Source: an uncultured candidate division Zixibacteria bacterium (GTDB lineage Bacteria > Zixibacteria > MSB-5A5 > SM1-73). Taken from it: a stretch of DNA of 64,000 nucleotides. Below the pieces are notes generated by a model. It made no database searches. It was not told the origin of the DNA and worked only from the letters and a program-made list of their open reading frames with translations. Location: positions 102,037 through 166,036 of the forward strand of contig CAIVRH010000029.1 in NCBI GenBank assembly GCA_903908285.1, written 5' to 3'. Positions 37,177-48,400 of this stretch are shown here, one piece after another. Position 1 is the first letter of the stretch. Every line of letters starts with the position of its first letter. The position numbers and the translations under genes were made by a program.

Positions 37177-38457
37177 CTAAAAAGAACTCAAAAACTCCCC
37201 CACTGTGAAATGCGAGCCGGTAATGCAGATGATGTCATCGGGTTTGGCATTCTTGAGAGCAAAAAGGTAGGCTTGGTTGATATGTGTGATAATCTCGTAG
37301 GGGGTTTTGGATATTTTCAGAGTTTCTTCCAGTACTTCCGGTTCAGCCGATCTTTTGTAATCCGGTTTGGTGAGAACGATGAATTTAGCTTTAGGACATA
37401 TTTCATTTAACATGGAATGATAATCTTTGTCCTCCATCACACCGAATATGAAGATAATCTTTTTTTCGGGGAAAAACCTATCAAGGGCTTGAATCAAAGT
37501 CTGTATACCCACCGGATTGTGGGCAACATCCAAGAGGACTAGGGGTTCTTTCCGAAAGACTTCCAATCTTCCCCGCCAATTGACTTTTTTCAAACCATCT
37601 CTGATCGCCGGCTCGTCGATTTTCCAGCCCAATAATCTTAATTGGTGAATCGCATTCAAGCAGATGGAAGCATTAAGAACCTGATACTCACCTGTCAAGT
37701 TCAATTCCACCGCTTCGAATTGGTCAGTTTCGGATGAGAAATTGAATTTCGATCCAAAAATTGAGGATTTCAGAATGATGCAATTCGATTTTTCCTGTAC
37801 CACATATAGCTCTGAATCCCTGTCTTTGCAGATAGACTTTATCACCTTTAAAGCCTCCGACTGATCTACTCCGGTGATGGTGGGAATGCCGGTTTTGACA
37901 ATCCCGGCTTTTTCTCCTGCAATTTCAGGAATAGTATCCCCCAGATGCTCGGTATGCTCCAATCCGATGGTGGTAATGATTGACACCAAAGGAGTTATAA
38001 CATTGGTGGCATCCAGCCGGCCTCCGAGGCCAGTCTCAATGACTGCAATGTCTACATTCTTTTCCGCAAAATACCGGAAAGCCAAAGCAGTGGTCACCTC
38101 AAAAAAGGTATAACCGTTTTGGTCAATCTCATCTTTTAATTCCTGCACGAAATCGAAGATGAAGTCTTTTTCTACCGGTTCTTGTCCAACTCTGATTCTC
38201 TCTCGGAAATCCACCAGATGAGGGGAAGTATAAAGGGCGGTTCTGTATCCGGCTTCGCACAGTATGGAGTGAAGCATGGCAGCGACTGAGCCTTTTCCGT
38301 TGGTTCCGGCTATATGAATGGATGGGAATTTCAGATGAGGATTTCCCAGATGCTTCATCAGGGCATTGATATTCGATAGATCCAGCTTCATCCCGAAGCG
38401 CTCGAGATTGTAAAGATAGGAAAGCGCTTCGTCGCAGTCTTTGATATGCATATTCAT
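37177..38457 (-). CDS. folC: bifunctional folylpolyglutamate synthase / dihydrofolate synthase
   Basis: HIAGTNGKGSVAAML is the Mur-ligase P-loop. The size is right at 426 aa and the C-terminal Mur ligase domain is present. Confidence 0.85.
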   Translation of the reverse strand: MNMHIKDCDEALSYLYNLERFGMKLDLSNINALMKHLGNPHLKFPSIHIAGTNGKGSVAAMLHSILCEAGYRTALYTSPHLVDFRERIRVGQEPVEKDFIFDFVQELKDEIDQNGYTFFEVTTALAFRYFAEKNVDIAVIETGLGGRLDATNVITPLVSIITTIGLEHTEHLGDTIPEIAGEKAGIVKTGIPTITGVDQSEALKVIKSICKDRDSELYVVQEKSNCIILKSSIFGSKFNFSSETDQFEAVELNLTGEYQVLNASICLNAIHQLRLLGWKIDEPAIRDGLKKVNWRGRLEVFRKEPLVLLDVAHNPVGIQTLIQALDRFFPEKKIIFIFGVMEDKDYHSMLNEICPKAKFIVLTKPDYKRSAEPEVLEETLKISKTPYEIITHINQAYLFALKNAKPDDIICITGSHFTVGEFLSSF

Positions 38458-38588
38458 GGTTTAATAAGAAAATAATCTGTCCGCTGTCCATCGTCCGTCC
38501 AGACGGACGCCCGTCTGGGCGCCGTCCGCCGCAAAACATGGTTTCAAATACTTAAGCTGTGGACGGTGAATCGAATATCACCAGTGGA

Positions 38589-39320
38589 CTAATCCGTTTC
38601 TTTAGTCGCCCAACACACTTTAAGTCCCACCCAGAATTCGTTTTCATCGTTTATGGTTTGATTGGGGACGATGACGTAATTAACGGAAGGGCTTATGGTT
38701 ATGTTCTTAAGGGCAAAATCGGCAGAGACTCCGAAATTTATGTCTGACCAACCCTGTTCTACTCCAATCTTATGATATTGGTTGGTATAACCAACTGTTA
38801 TTGATGGGTTAAGGGTTTGGTTTTTGATCTGGAAAAGTTGGTTTAATGAGAAAGTGCTGTAAATCCCATCGCCCAGGTTAAAATCATAATAAATGGTCCA
38901 AGTGGGGGAAAAAGGTACGAAACAGACAGTTATACCGGTGTATATCTCCGGAGTGGTGGAACTCCTGTCCGGCCATCCGGTCAAACTGGGGAAAGTATAA
39001 TAACCTCCTCCGGCAGATAAAGTTAACCTATCGAAGAGATCTCGACTATATCCAGCGATCACATCGGCTTCGACAAAATTTGTATCTGCCAAGGCAATTG
39101 CTGACCAAAGGTTAAGCCAGAAGCCACTCTTACCGAAATTTAAAGTACAGGATGGCTGTATGGCCGGTCGGTCGTCAGAGATAGTGTCGAATCCTCTCCA
39201 GATGTATTTCGATACTAATGTGAGATCGCCGCAAAACTCTATCTTTGAAAACGCGGATGAAGGGAACAGAATGAGAAAAAGTCCGGCGTAGACGAAGCGG
39301 GAAGCTTTGTTTCGGATCAT
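38589..39320 (-). CDS. outer-membrane beta-barrel protein, Gcw_chp-like
   Basis: Signal peptide. An N-terminal YIWRGFD motif, and alternating amphipathic strands. Confidence 0.4.
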   Translation of the reverse strand: MIRNKASRFVYAGLFLILFPSSAFSKIEFCGDLTLVSKYIWRGFDTISDDRPAIQPSCTLNFGKSGFWLNLWSAIALADTNFVEADVIAGYSRDLFDRLTLSAGGGYYTFPSLTGWPDRSSTTPEIYTGITVCFVPFSPTWTIYYDFNLGDGIYSTFSLNQLFQIKNQTLNPSITVGYTNQYHKIGVEQGWSDINFGVSADFALKNITISPSVNYVIVPNQTINDENEFWVGLKVCWATKETD

Positions 39321-39471
39321 ACGGAACTAAACCTGTAAAGACGTGTTTTCTTTTAGTATATTGCTCTCCGGTGAAATTTAGTTGAATTCCGGGCTGAAGT
39401 CAATCGTATTCTATTTCTGATGAATGAAAACGGCAGAAGATATTTCCGTTTCGGTAAAAACAACAAAACCG

Positions 39472-39499
39472 TTGACAAAAGCGGATTTTGTGTTAGATT
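39472..39499 (+). promoter_or_regulatory. sigma70-like promoter candidate (TTGACA-16-TAGATT)
   Basis: TTGACA at 39472-39477, then a 16-nt spacer, then TAGATT at 39494-39499. This is about 95 nt upstream of the GTG start, which has an AAGGAGG RBS. Confidence 0.3.
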
Positions 39500-39595
39500 G
39501 TTATAGGCTGAACTCATAAGTAGAATTCGGGTTTGGCCTTTTTATTCGGCTGTTTTACTTGTGGTTAACAATTCAAATCCTTAAGGAGGTTTTAA

Positions 39596-41836
39596 GTGAA
39601 ACGTTTTCTATTTTTTTCTCTATTGGTGTCTTTTGTGTTATCTTTCTGGATCGGGGGTAGCGTCGCCCTTGCCCAAAATCTGAATGCACCTCAAAAAGAA
39701 ACGATCTACACCGACCAAAACACCACCCCCAGCCAATTTCACCAGATGGAAGCAGCCATGAAGCAACAGAGATTGAACGAAATCCGTAAGCTGGGAATTG
39801 CCTTCCCCTTAAAAGAGACTAAGAACCAGAGCGATTTTGATGCCCGGTACTACCGTTTGGATCTTAAACTCAATGACACCACCCAGATTCTGACCGGAGC
39901 AGTATATCTCTACGGAACAGCGTTGATCAACAGCTTCAATGTGGTGGAGCTGAATTTCTTCGATAATGCGCAGATGTATGTGGACTCATGCAAAAGCAAC
40001 AACGGGATTTTATCTTTCAATCGGGGCAGCAACATCCTTCGCATATTTCTGAATGGCACTTATAACTCCGGCCAGCCCTTTGGAGTAACCGTTTACTATC
40101 ACGGCCATCCCCTGGAGGGGGGGCTTCAGTCGTTCGATTGGAGCACCCACGGCAGCCCGTCTGTGCCGATCATCAGCACCTTGAGCGAGCCCTATTTTGC
40201 CCAATCCTGGTGGCCATGTAAAGATCTTCCCCGGGACAAGGCGGATTCGGTTGATATCAATGTGACTGTCCGCAGCGATTTATATGTGGCTTCCAACGGG
40301 CTTTTGAGGGAGATAGTCAACAACGGTTCCACCAAAACTTATAAATGGCACGAGAAGTATCCCATCGCCACCTATTTAGTCATGCTTGCCACAACCAATT
40401 ATTCCATCTTCTCCAACTGGTACCATAATCTGTCCGGCGACTCCATACCGGTGACCTATTACGTATACCCGGAATACTTGTCGCAGGCTCAATCCACTTA
40501 TCCGGTTACCCCATCCATGATCCGATTCTTTGCCGAAACATTCGGTGAATATCCCTGGGTGGAGGAAAAATACGGGATGGCTCATTTCACCTGGGGCGGG
40601 GCGATGGAGCATCAAACCTGCACCAGCATACTGTATAATTGGTATTCCGATTGGGTGATAGCCCACGAGCTGGCTCATCAGTGGTGGGGTGACTATATCA
40701 CCTGCCACAACTGGCATCATATCTGGCTGAATGAGGGATTTGCTTCCTATTGCGAAGCCCTGTGGGAGGAACATCTCGGGGGATCCAGCGGCTATCATTC
40801 CTACATGAACGGCATGCAATTCTTCAGTGGGGGAAGCATCTTCATACAGGATACTACAGATGCTAATGGCATCTTCGGCAACATAGTTTACGATAAAGGA
40901 GCGCAGGTTTTGCATATGCTCAGACATATCGTGGGCGACTCCACCTCCTTCCGGATTTTCAGAGATTTTTATTCCGATCCCCGCTATGCTAACGGGGTGG
41001 CAGAAACCGAGGATTTCCAGGGTATATGTGAAGCCGCTTCCGGCATGGATTTGAATTATTTCTTTCAGGAATGGATTTACGGAACCTACTATCCCAAATA
41101 TCAGTATTCCTTTATGACCGAACCGGCCGGCGGAGGAACGGCTACCGATGTTTACATCCATATCAATCAGACTCAGACCACCAATCCCACTTATTTCACC
41201 ATGCCGATAGATTTGAGGGTCACATCGTCAACCAAAGATACCATTGCAGTTGGTTTCAACGATCCGCGCCACAAAGATTTCAAGGTACGAGTACCCGGCA
41301 CCAATGTCAGTGTGAATTTAGATCCGAATGTCTGGATTTTAAGAACGGTCAGCTCCACCACTTATGGGATGAACATAGTCACCACTGATCTTGAGGCTGC
41401 ATCTCAGTTGTCCGCTTATGCGGAGACCTTAATGGCCAAGGGAGGCACCCTGCCATACAAGTGGAAATTGGACAGCGGAAATCTGCCGGATGGGCTTCAG
41501 CTGGATTCTTTAACCGGAGTAATATCCGGAGTTCCGACGGTAAAAGACAGCTTTGATTTTACGGTAAAGGTAACCGATTCCAGCGCACCGAACAAAACCG
41601 ATACCCAACCGCTTTATATCCTGGTGGGTGATAGTCCGTTCATCCGGGGAGATGTCAACCGCGACGGGTTGGTGGATATAGGTGATGTGATATACCTGAT
41701 CAGTAATCTGTATATTCACGGACCGGATCCTCTGCCCTACGCCGCAGGCGACGTCAATTGTGATGGCATAATTGAGGTGTCGGATATTATCTATCTGATC
41801 AATTATCTGTTTAAATCCGGTCCGGGACCCTGCTAA
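39596..41836 (+). CDS. secreted M1-family metallopeptidase with C-terminal Ig-like and double dockerin-like domains
   Basis: HELAHQWWGD plus WLNEGFASY. An Ig-like segment LPYKWKLDSGNLPDGLQLDSLTGVISG. The C-terminus GDVNRDGLVDIGDVIYLISNLY...GDVNCDGIIEVSDIIYLINYLFKSGPGPC is two dockerin-type Ca-binding repeats. Confidence 0.85.
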   Translation: MKRFLFFSLLVSFVLSFWIGGSVALAQNLNAPQKETIYTDQNTTPSQFHQMEAAMKQQRLNEIRKLGIAFPLKETKNQSDFDARYYRLDLKLNDTTQILTGAVYLYGTALINSFNVVELNFFDNAQMYVDSCKSNNGILSFNRGSNILRIFLNGTYNSGQPFGVTVYYHGHPLEGGLQSFDWSTHGSPSVPIISTLSEPYFAQSWWPCKDLPRDKADSVDINVTVRSDLYVASNGLLREIVNNGSTKTYKWHEKYPIATYLVMLATTNYSIFSNWYHNLSGDSIPVTYYVYPEYLSQAQSTYPVTPSMIRFFAETFGEYPWVEEKYGMAHFTWGGAMEHQTCTSILYNWYSDWVIAHELAHQWWGDYITCHNWHHIWLNEGFASYCEALWEEHLGGSSGYHSYMNGMQFFSGGSIFIQDTTDANGIFGNIVYDKGAQVLHMLRHIVGDSTSFRIFRDFYSDPRYANGVAETEDFQGICEAASGMDLNYFFQEWIYGTYYPKYQYSFMTEPAGGGTATDVYIHINQTQTTNPTYFTMPIDLRVTSSTKDTIAVGFNDPRHKDFKVRVPGTNVSVNLDPNVWILRTVSSTTYGMNIVTTDLEAASQLSAYAETLMAKGGTLPYKWKLDSGNLPDGLQLDSLTGVISGVPTVKDSFDFTVKVTDSSAPNKTDTQPLYILVGDSPFIRGDVNRDGLVDIGDVIYLISNLYIHGPDPLPYAAGDVNCDGIIEVSDIIYLINYLFKSGPGPC

Positions 41837-42237
41837 AATCGTCCACGGTCCACCGCTTTTCATGGCAAGAGATGGATTATACCATGAACCACCATCTGTG
41901 AGCTTTGAACTAAACTAAGGGGGAGCATCATATAGCCCCGATCTCGAAGGTTATGGGATCGGGGCATTTTTTTGGTGATCCAACCTGATGCCTCCGTTCC
42001 TTTGAGATCCAACCAATGCCTAACGTGGCTCATCCCTTCTGCAGGTGAAACTGTTCGACTCATACCGGAGAAAGAAAATCAAATATTAATGCAGTATTCC
42101 ACTCACTCCGACTCTCTGATCGAAGGGAAAGAGAAATCTGTTATCGTACTTCTCTTATGACCGGGTGAGGTTCTTTTCTTTGCTCTTCCGGAGGGAGCAT
42201 GATAACTAAAAGGATGAGTCAACGAGGAGACTAAAAT

Positions 42238-42270
42238 GTAAGACCCCCGTAAAAAATGCGGGGGTCTTAC
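42238..42270 (-). terminator. bidirectional Rho-independent terminator hairpin
   Basis: Perfect 12-bp stem gtaagacccccg / cgggggtcttac with a 9-nt loop, 9 nt downstream of the PPIase stop. Confidence 0.55.
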
Positions 42271-42278
42271 ACGAACAG

Positions 42279-42920
42279 CTATGTCGGGACATGTTGCTTC
42301 TTCTCGTATACCTTGGTCATTGTCACCTTGTCCACAGGAACATCTCCCGGACCGGTTTTTACCGCTGCGATCTTGTCCACTGTGTCCATCCCCTGGATCA
42401 CCTTGCCGAAGACCACGTAGTTATTGTCTAAGCTGGGGAGTTCTTTTAAACAGATATAGAACTGGCTTCCGGCCGAGTTCGGATCCTGCGAACGCGCCAT
42501 CCCCAGAAAGCCCCGTAGATGTTTGGTGCTGGCTTTCTCGAAAGGTATGGAATATCCCGGGCCGCCGGTTCCATCACCGGCCGGGTCACCACCCTGGATC
42601 ACAAAATTAGGGATAATACGATGGAAGGTGAGTCCATCGTAAAAGCCGCTGTTGGTCAATCTCAGGAAATTCTCCGCCGTCTTGGGAGTTTCCTTCCAGA
42701 AAAGCTCCAACTCGATGGGTCCATAGTTGGTCTCCATCACCACGATCGGATTCTTGTCCCGCACTATCGGCTCCTGCGAAATGGGTTTGGTTTCCGGCGC
42801 CTTAGTCTCTGCTACCTGGGCCGGCTGCTCCTCCGCTTTCTGGGTTTTCACTTCCTCCTTTTTGCCGCAGCTAATAAGGAAAAAGAGTGCTAAAACCGAG
42901 AGGATGAAAATCTTTTTCAT
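42279..42920 (-). CDS. cyclophilin-type peptidyl-prolyl cis-trans isomerase lipoprotein
   Basis: Lipobox LISCGKK. FHRIIPNFVIQGGDP...GGPGY is the cyclophilin signature. Confidence 0.85.
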   Translation of the reverse strand: MKKIFILSVLALFFLISCGKKEEVKTQKAEEQPAQVAETKAPETKPISQEPIVRDKNPIVVMETNYGPIELELFWKETPKTAENFLRLTNSGFYDGLTFHRIIPNFVIQGGDPAGDGTGGPGYSIPFEKASTKHLRGFLGMARSQDPNSAGSQFYICLKELPSLDNNYVVFGKVIQGMDTVDKIAAVKTGPGDVPVDKVTMTKVYEKKQHVPT

Positions 42921-42953
42921 CTCTCCTCCTAAGATTAGATGGTAAATAATCTA

Positions 42954-44543
42954 TTACTTTTTTCCGTCCAAGATCTGCTCCACCTCTTTTTTCTCAAAGT
43001 CCATCACCCAGGGAATGCCGGATATCTCTGTTGCCTCTTTAGTCAAGGAAGCGATATCGTCTCGGGTGATATATTCCAAAGCGAATTTCCGATTGCCACT
43101 CATCAGCTGTCTTAAGCCCTGAGCCAGCCTCTGCGCGTAGGTGTAGAGTCCCATAGCGCCGGGGGGGACCTTCTTGAAGGCGGCCTCGCCCAGCTTCCGC
43201 TTCAACTCCGGAGCGGTGACAAAGATCTCCTCCGGGGTATTGCCGAATCTCTCGATGAATACCGGGACCATTCCTTCGTTGATTCTTTTGCCGATGGTCT
43301 TCCCCACCATGGCGGCGGCGATGAAACCTCGGGCCATTCCGATCAGCTTGAAATAAGGGGCGCCCAAGGCCAACCCTTTCATGATCTGATCTTCAAAGGT
43401 AAAACCGCCGGCTATCGCGATATCCGGGACATATTCACCCTTCTTGGCCAGCCGGTCCGCATATTGATACAGAAGCGAATGCAGTTCCACGGAAGGGATT
43501 CCCCATTCGTTCATCATCCTCCACGGGCTCATTCCGGTTCCGCCACCCGCACCGTCGACCGTCAACAGATCGAGTTTGGCCATAGAGGCGAACTTGATCG
43601 CCCGAGCCAAATCCACCGGACGGTAAGCTCCGGTCTTTAAGAAAATATGCTTTGCTCCCAAGTCTCTCAGTTCTTTGACTCTCTTCATGAACCCTTCCTC
43701 GGTTACCATTCCGACCCGGGAATGCCTTTCGAACTCCTTGAAGCTCCCCTGCTTGAAAGCTTCGATATTGGCCGGATCCAGCGGGTCAGGCAGGACCACG
43801 TATCCTCTTTTCTTCAACAGCTGGGCTTTCTCCAGGTTGCTGATTTTGACTTCTCCGCCGATATCCTTGGCTCCCTGTCCCCATTTCAGCTCCACCACCT
43901 CCACCCCCAGTTTGGTCAGCCCGTATTCCAAGACACCCAGCATGGTATCTTCCACGTTGGCCTGAAGGACGATGGCGCCGTATCCATCCTGCTGCCAATC
44001 TTTGTACAGCTTCACCCTCCAGGAAAGATCCGGAGCATGCTTCACTTTTCCATTCTCGATCACCGACTCCACATCCATTCCCACCACGTTTTCCCCGATG
44101 GTCAGAGGAAATCCGGCTAAGGCGGCACCTATTGCCAAACCTTCCCAGTTATTCTTAGCGATGTTGGTCGAGCCCAATCCGGGAATGATGAAGGGAAGCC
44201 TGACTTTGATCTTGGGATCGTTCCCGATCCTTGTCTCCAGTTTCACATTAGGAAAGATAGCCACATTGGAATCCTCGGCAATTCCTTTGGCTCCTACTGC
44301 CGTACCCATGATGGTAAAATGGGACAGATCCACCGGGTAGTTCTTTTCGGAGGCTGCGGTGATGATCCCGAAGGGTTGAGGATAGATCACCTCCGCTCCC
44401 CGGTAGGCCGATTTTCCGATCTCGCACATTCCAATACACCCGTCCACGCAGGTGACGCACATTCCGCTGAATGGACTGACCGATTCCTCAGTCCGGTTTT
44501 TGGTTAATGTCGCGGCGGTTGCATTAAGTCTGGTTAACGACAT
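42954..44543 (-). CDS. glutamate synthase FMN-binding (GltB central domain) family protein
   Basis: 529 aa. GAGGGTGMSPW sits in a TIM-barrel FMN domain. An N-terminal Cys cluster CVTCVDGCIGMC is present. No amidotransferase domain. Confidence 0.7.
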   Translation of the reverse strand: MSLTRLNATAATLTKNRTEESVSPFSGMCVTCVDGCIGMCEIGKSAYRGAEVIYPQPFGIITAASEKNYPVDLSHFTIMGTAVGAKGIAEDSNVAIFPNVKLETRIGNDPKIKVRLPFIIPGLGSTNIAKNNWEGLAIGAALAGFPLTIGENVVGMDVESVIENGKVKHAPDLSWRVKLYKDWQQDGYGAIVLQANVEDTMLGVLEYGLTKLGVEVVELKWGQGAKDIGGEVKISNLEKAQLLKKRGYVVLPDPLDPANIEAFKQGSFKEFERHSRVGMVTEEGFMKRVKELRDLGAKHIFLKTGAYRPVDLARAIKFASMAKLDLLTVDGAGGGTGMSPWRMMNEWGIPSVELHSLLYQYADRLAKKGEYVPDIAIAGGFTFEDQIMKGLALGAPYFKLIGMARGFIAAAMVGKTIGKRINEGMVPVFIERFGNTPEEIFVTAPELKRKLGEAAFKKVPPGAMGLYTYAQRLAQGLRQLMSGNRKFALEYITRDDIASLTKEATEISGIPWVMDFEKKEVEQILDGKK

Positions 44544-44705
44544 ACACTTGCTCCTTTCAATTTATGAATAATTCTCTTTTTCTGCGAATCTTGTCATTGG
44601 TTTTAACGGTTGCAAAATTCATTTCCACGTCAATTGATGGAAGCTTGCAGATGAGAATAAAAACGACTTCGATTCACCCGTCTTGAGCTTCGACACCAAA
44701 ATCGA

Positions 44706-45386
44706 TTATTTCTTCTTAACCTCCTCCTTCAAACACTGACAGCAAGGATCCAAATAACACAACGCATCCTCGTATTCCTCCAGGCAGACCGGCGAAACAT
44801 TCAAGCAGGAACCGCAAACCACCCCCGGAGCATCCGGTCCCTGGCAGCGAAGCTGGCAGGCCGGGCAGATATACATGCATCCTCCGCACAGCCGGCATTC
44901 TTCGGATCGAATATCAAAAGGCGTGGTGATCTTCCGGGTTTCCCCTCGGTTCACGAAACCGATGGCTTTGCCGGACATCTGTTCGGAACACATCCGGACG
45001 CATAACCCGCACAGGATACAATCGTCATGCCGCACTTTGAACCGGGTTTTCTGGACTTCCATGGAAGCCGCCAGATCCTGGATGGTTTTAGAATCCGGGC
45101 AGGTGGCCAAGAGAAGCTCTACCACCATCTTGCGCGCGGCACTCACCCTGCGGGTGTGGGTCCTGACCTCCAAGCCCTCTTCGGCCGGATAGGTGCAGGA
45201 TGAGACCAGCTTGGCGTTTGGCCCGGTCCCAATCTCGACCAAGCAGAGCCGGCACGCCCCGTAAGGGGACAATCCTTCATAGTGGCACAGGGTGGGTATG
45301 GGAAGCCCGTAAAAACGCGCGGTTTCGAGCAAAGTCCACCCCTCTTCGGCTTGTACATCCACTCCATTCAGTTTTAATTTCAACAT
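44706..45386 (-). CDS. [2Fe-2S]/[4Fe-4S] ferredoxin protein resembling the NuoG/HydA N-terminus
   Basis: N-terminal 2Fe-2S ferredoxin fold (CHYEGLSPYGACRLC), followed by CxxCxxC clusters. Confidence 0.6.
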   Translation of the reverse strand: MLKLKLNGVDVQAEEGWTLLETARFYGLPIPTLCHYEGLSPYGACRLCLVEIGTGPNAKLVSSCTYPAEEGLEVRTHTRRVSAARKMVVELLLATCPDSKTIQDLAASMEVQKTRFKVRHDDCILCGLCVRMCSEQMSGKAIGFVNRGETRKITTPFDIRSEECRLCGGCMYICPACQLRCQGPDAPGVVCGSCLNVSPVCLEEYEDALCYLDPCCQCLKEEVKKK

Positions 45387-45423
45387 AGGTTTTTCCTTTA
45401 TCTTGCGCTTTATAGATTACGAT

Positions 45424-48400
45424 CTAGTCGATTTCTTCAGGTTCCAGCTCGCATCGCAGACAACGCCTGGCCTCCTGCATCGCCATCTTTTCATCCAATC
45501 CCAATTCCACCTCTTTGAAGCTTTTATGCCTCTCTTCAATTGAGAGAGAGGGCATATCCGGCCGCTCAAGGGAAGCTAATTCCTCTTCGGTCAATTCCAG
45601 CGCTTCAACTAAAATAGAGGGCTTGGTGACTTCATAGGTTCGGGCCATGCTTTCCCCCTTCAAATATCTGTCGATGGATTCGGATGCGACCTTGCCCGCA
45701 GCCATAGCCTCTACCACTGTGTTGGCGCCGGTCACCACATCCCCACCCGCAAATACCCCCTCCTTATTGGTAAGCAAAGTTTCCGGATTCACCAGGATGG
45801 TTCCGCTCTTGGAAATATCCACGCCGCAGTCCTCCGACAAGAATGAAGTGTCCGGTTGTTCTCCAATGGCCAAAATCAAAGTATCCAATTCGATTTTAAA
45901 CTCGGATCCGGGAACAGGAACGGGTCTTCTTCGCCCGCTTTCATCCGGTTCTCCCATCTCCATCCGGATGCATTCAATACCAACCAATTTACCGTTCTCT
46001 CTTATAACTTTCACCGGCGCAGTCAATAATTTGATGTCGATCCCCTCTTCCAAAGCATCCTCCACCTCTTTTTTACCTCCTCTTTCTTTGAAAGCGGGCA
46101 TCTCGGTTTTGGTTCGTCGATAGATGATGCTTACTTTCTCGCAACCGGGAAGTCGGATCGATACTCTGGAAGAATCGACCGCCGCATTTCCCCCGCCGAT
46201 GATCCCGACTCTTTTACCGATTTTGGCCTCTTTCCCCAAATTGACTGCAATCAGGAATTTCATTGATTCCAAAACTCCTTCCCCCTCTTCCCCCGGAATT
46301 CCCAATTTCCAGCTCTTGTAAGCACCGGTAGCGATGAATACCGCTTGATACCCTTTCTTAAAAAGTTCATCCAAGGAGAAATCCTTACCCAATGCTTGAT
46401 TGGTCTTTATGGTCACGCCTGCCGATTTAATAGCTTCGATGTCTGCATTGAGCATCTTCCGGGGAAGCCGGTGTTCAGGAATTCCCAATGCCAGCATCCC
46501 TCCGGCCACCGGTGCGGACTCGTAAATCGTCACCTCATATCCTTTTTGAGCCAAATAGAATCCACAGGTCAGACCGGACGGACCCGAACCGATAATGGCC
46601 ACTTTCTCCTCCCGGGTTTTTTGGAACCCCTTCTTCGGTCTGATCCCATGGGCTGTGGCATAATCCATGGCAAATCTTTTCAGAGCCCGGATGGAAATGG
46701 GATCGCCCGATTCTCCGGCCCGGCACTTGGACTCACAGGGATGATGACATACCCGGGCACAGATCGAGGGCAGAGGATTATCCTTAAGGATGATCTCCGC
46801 GGCTTTGGCAAATTCGCCCCGGGCGATCAAAGCGATATATACGCATCCCTCCTGGTTGATGGGACAGGTGTGCTGGCAGGGGGAGGAAATGATCTTCTTA
46901 CAAACTACCGCCGGACATCTTTTGTATTTAATGTGAGCTTCATATTCGTCTCGAAAGTACCTTAAAGTACTGAGGACCGGATTAGGTGCGCTCTGTCCCA
47001 AACCACACATGGTGCTGTCCTTGACCGTCCGGGCCAACTCTTCCAGAAGCTGAATATCTGCCATGGTTCCTTTTCCATCAGTTATATCCGTCACGATCTC
47101 CAACATTCTGACGATCCCCTCCCGGCAGGTGAAGCATTTACCGCAGGATTCGTCTTTGAGGAAGTTGAGGAAGTATTTGGCCACATCCACCATGCAGGTA
47201 TCCTCGTCCATCACCACCATGCCGCCGGAACCCATCATGGATCCGACCTCGGTCAGCTTCTCATAATCCACCGGCAGATCCAAAAGCTTGGCCGGCATAC
47301 AGCCGCCCGATGGTCCGCCGGTTTGAACCGCCTTGAACTTTTTCCCTTTGGGGATACCGCCGCCGATATCTTCTATGATCTCCCGGAGTTTTATCCCCAT
47401 GGGAACTTCCACCAAACCGGTATTGTTTATTTTCCCCACTAACGAGAATATTTTCGTTCCTTTACTGGTTTCTGTACCAATCCGCGAAAACCAATCTGCT
47501 CCGTTTTTTATTATTAAAGGAATATTGGCCCAAGTTTCTACGTTGTTTATGTTGGTGGGTTTGCCCCACAGTCCTTTTTGCACCGGATAAGGGGGTCTCT
47601 GCCTGGGTTCACCAAATCTTCCCTCTACCGAAGCAATCAGAGCTGTCTCCTCGCCGCATACGAAGGCACCCGCACCTTTGACGATATTTATATCGAAATT
47701 AAAGCCTGAACCCAATATGTCTTCACCCAAAAGCCCGAATTGCTTGGCTTGATCTATAGCCAAGGAAATGTTTTTTACAGCTAAAGGATATTCATTCCTC
47801 ACATAAATGTAACCCTCTTTAGCCCCTATGGCCAAAGCACCGATTAACATCCCTTCCAGAACAGCATGGGGGTTCCCTTCCAAAAGGCTTCGGTCCATGT
47901 AAGCACCCGGATCACCTTCATCCGCATTGCAGATTAAGTATTTTACATCCCCTTTTGATTTCTTGCAGAATTCCCATTTGTAGGCGGTAGGAAATCCCGC
48001 CCCCCCTCTTCCTCTTAAACCCGATTGTTTCACGGTAGAAATTATTTCTTCGGGAGATGAGCTGCTCAAAACTTTGATAAAGGCTTTATAACCCCCTACC
48101 GCCAGATAATCATTAATATTCTCCGGGTCGATGAAGCCGTTATTCTCAAAGATAATTCTCTGTTGTTTTTTATAAAAAGGTACGTCTTTCTCATGTACTA
48201 TTTTTTCCCCGGTGTTCGGATCGATATAAAGTAAGCGATCGATCACTCGGTTATTAACGATAGACTCCGACACTATCTCCGGTATGTCTTCGATCTTTAC
48301 TTTCTGGTAGAATATCCCCGCCGGATGAATAACTACGATTGGACCCCGCTCGCAAAAACCGTGACATCCTGTCGCTCTGATGTTTACTTTATCATTTAAG

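Noticed and set aside
40376-41161. 261-aa minus-strand ORF
   Set aside because: Antisense inside the dockerin-bearing M1 peptidase gene. No motif support.
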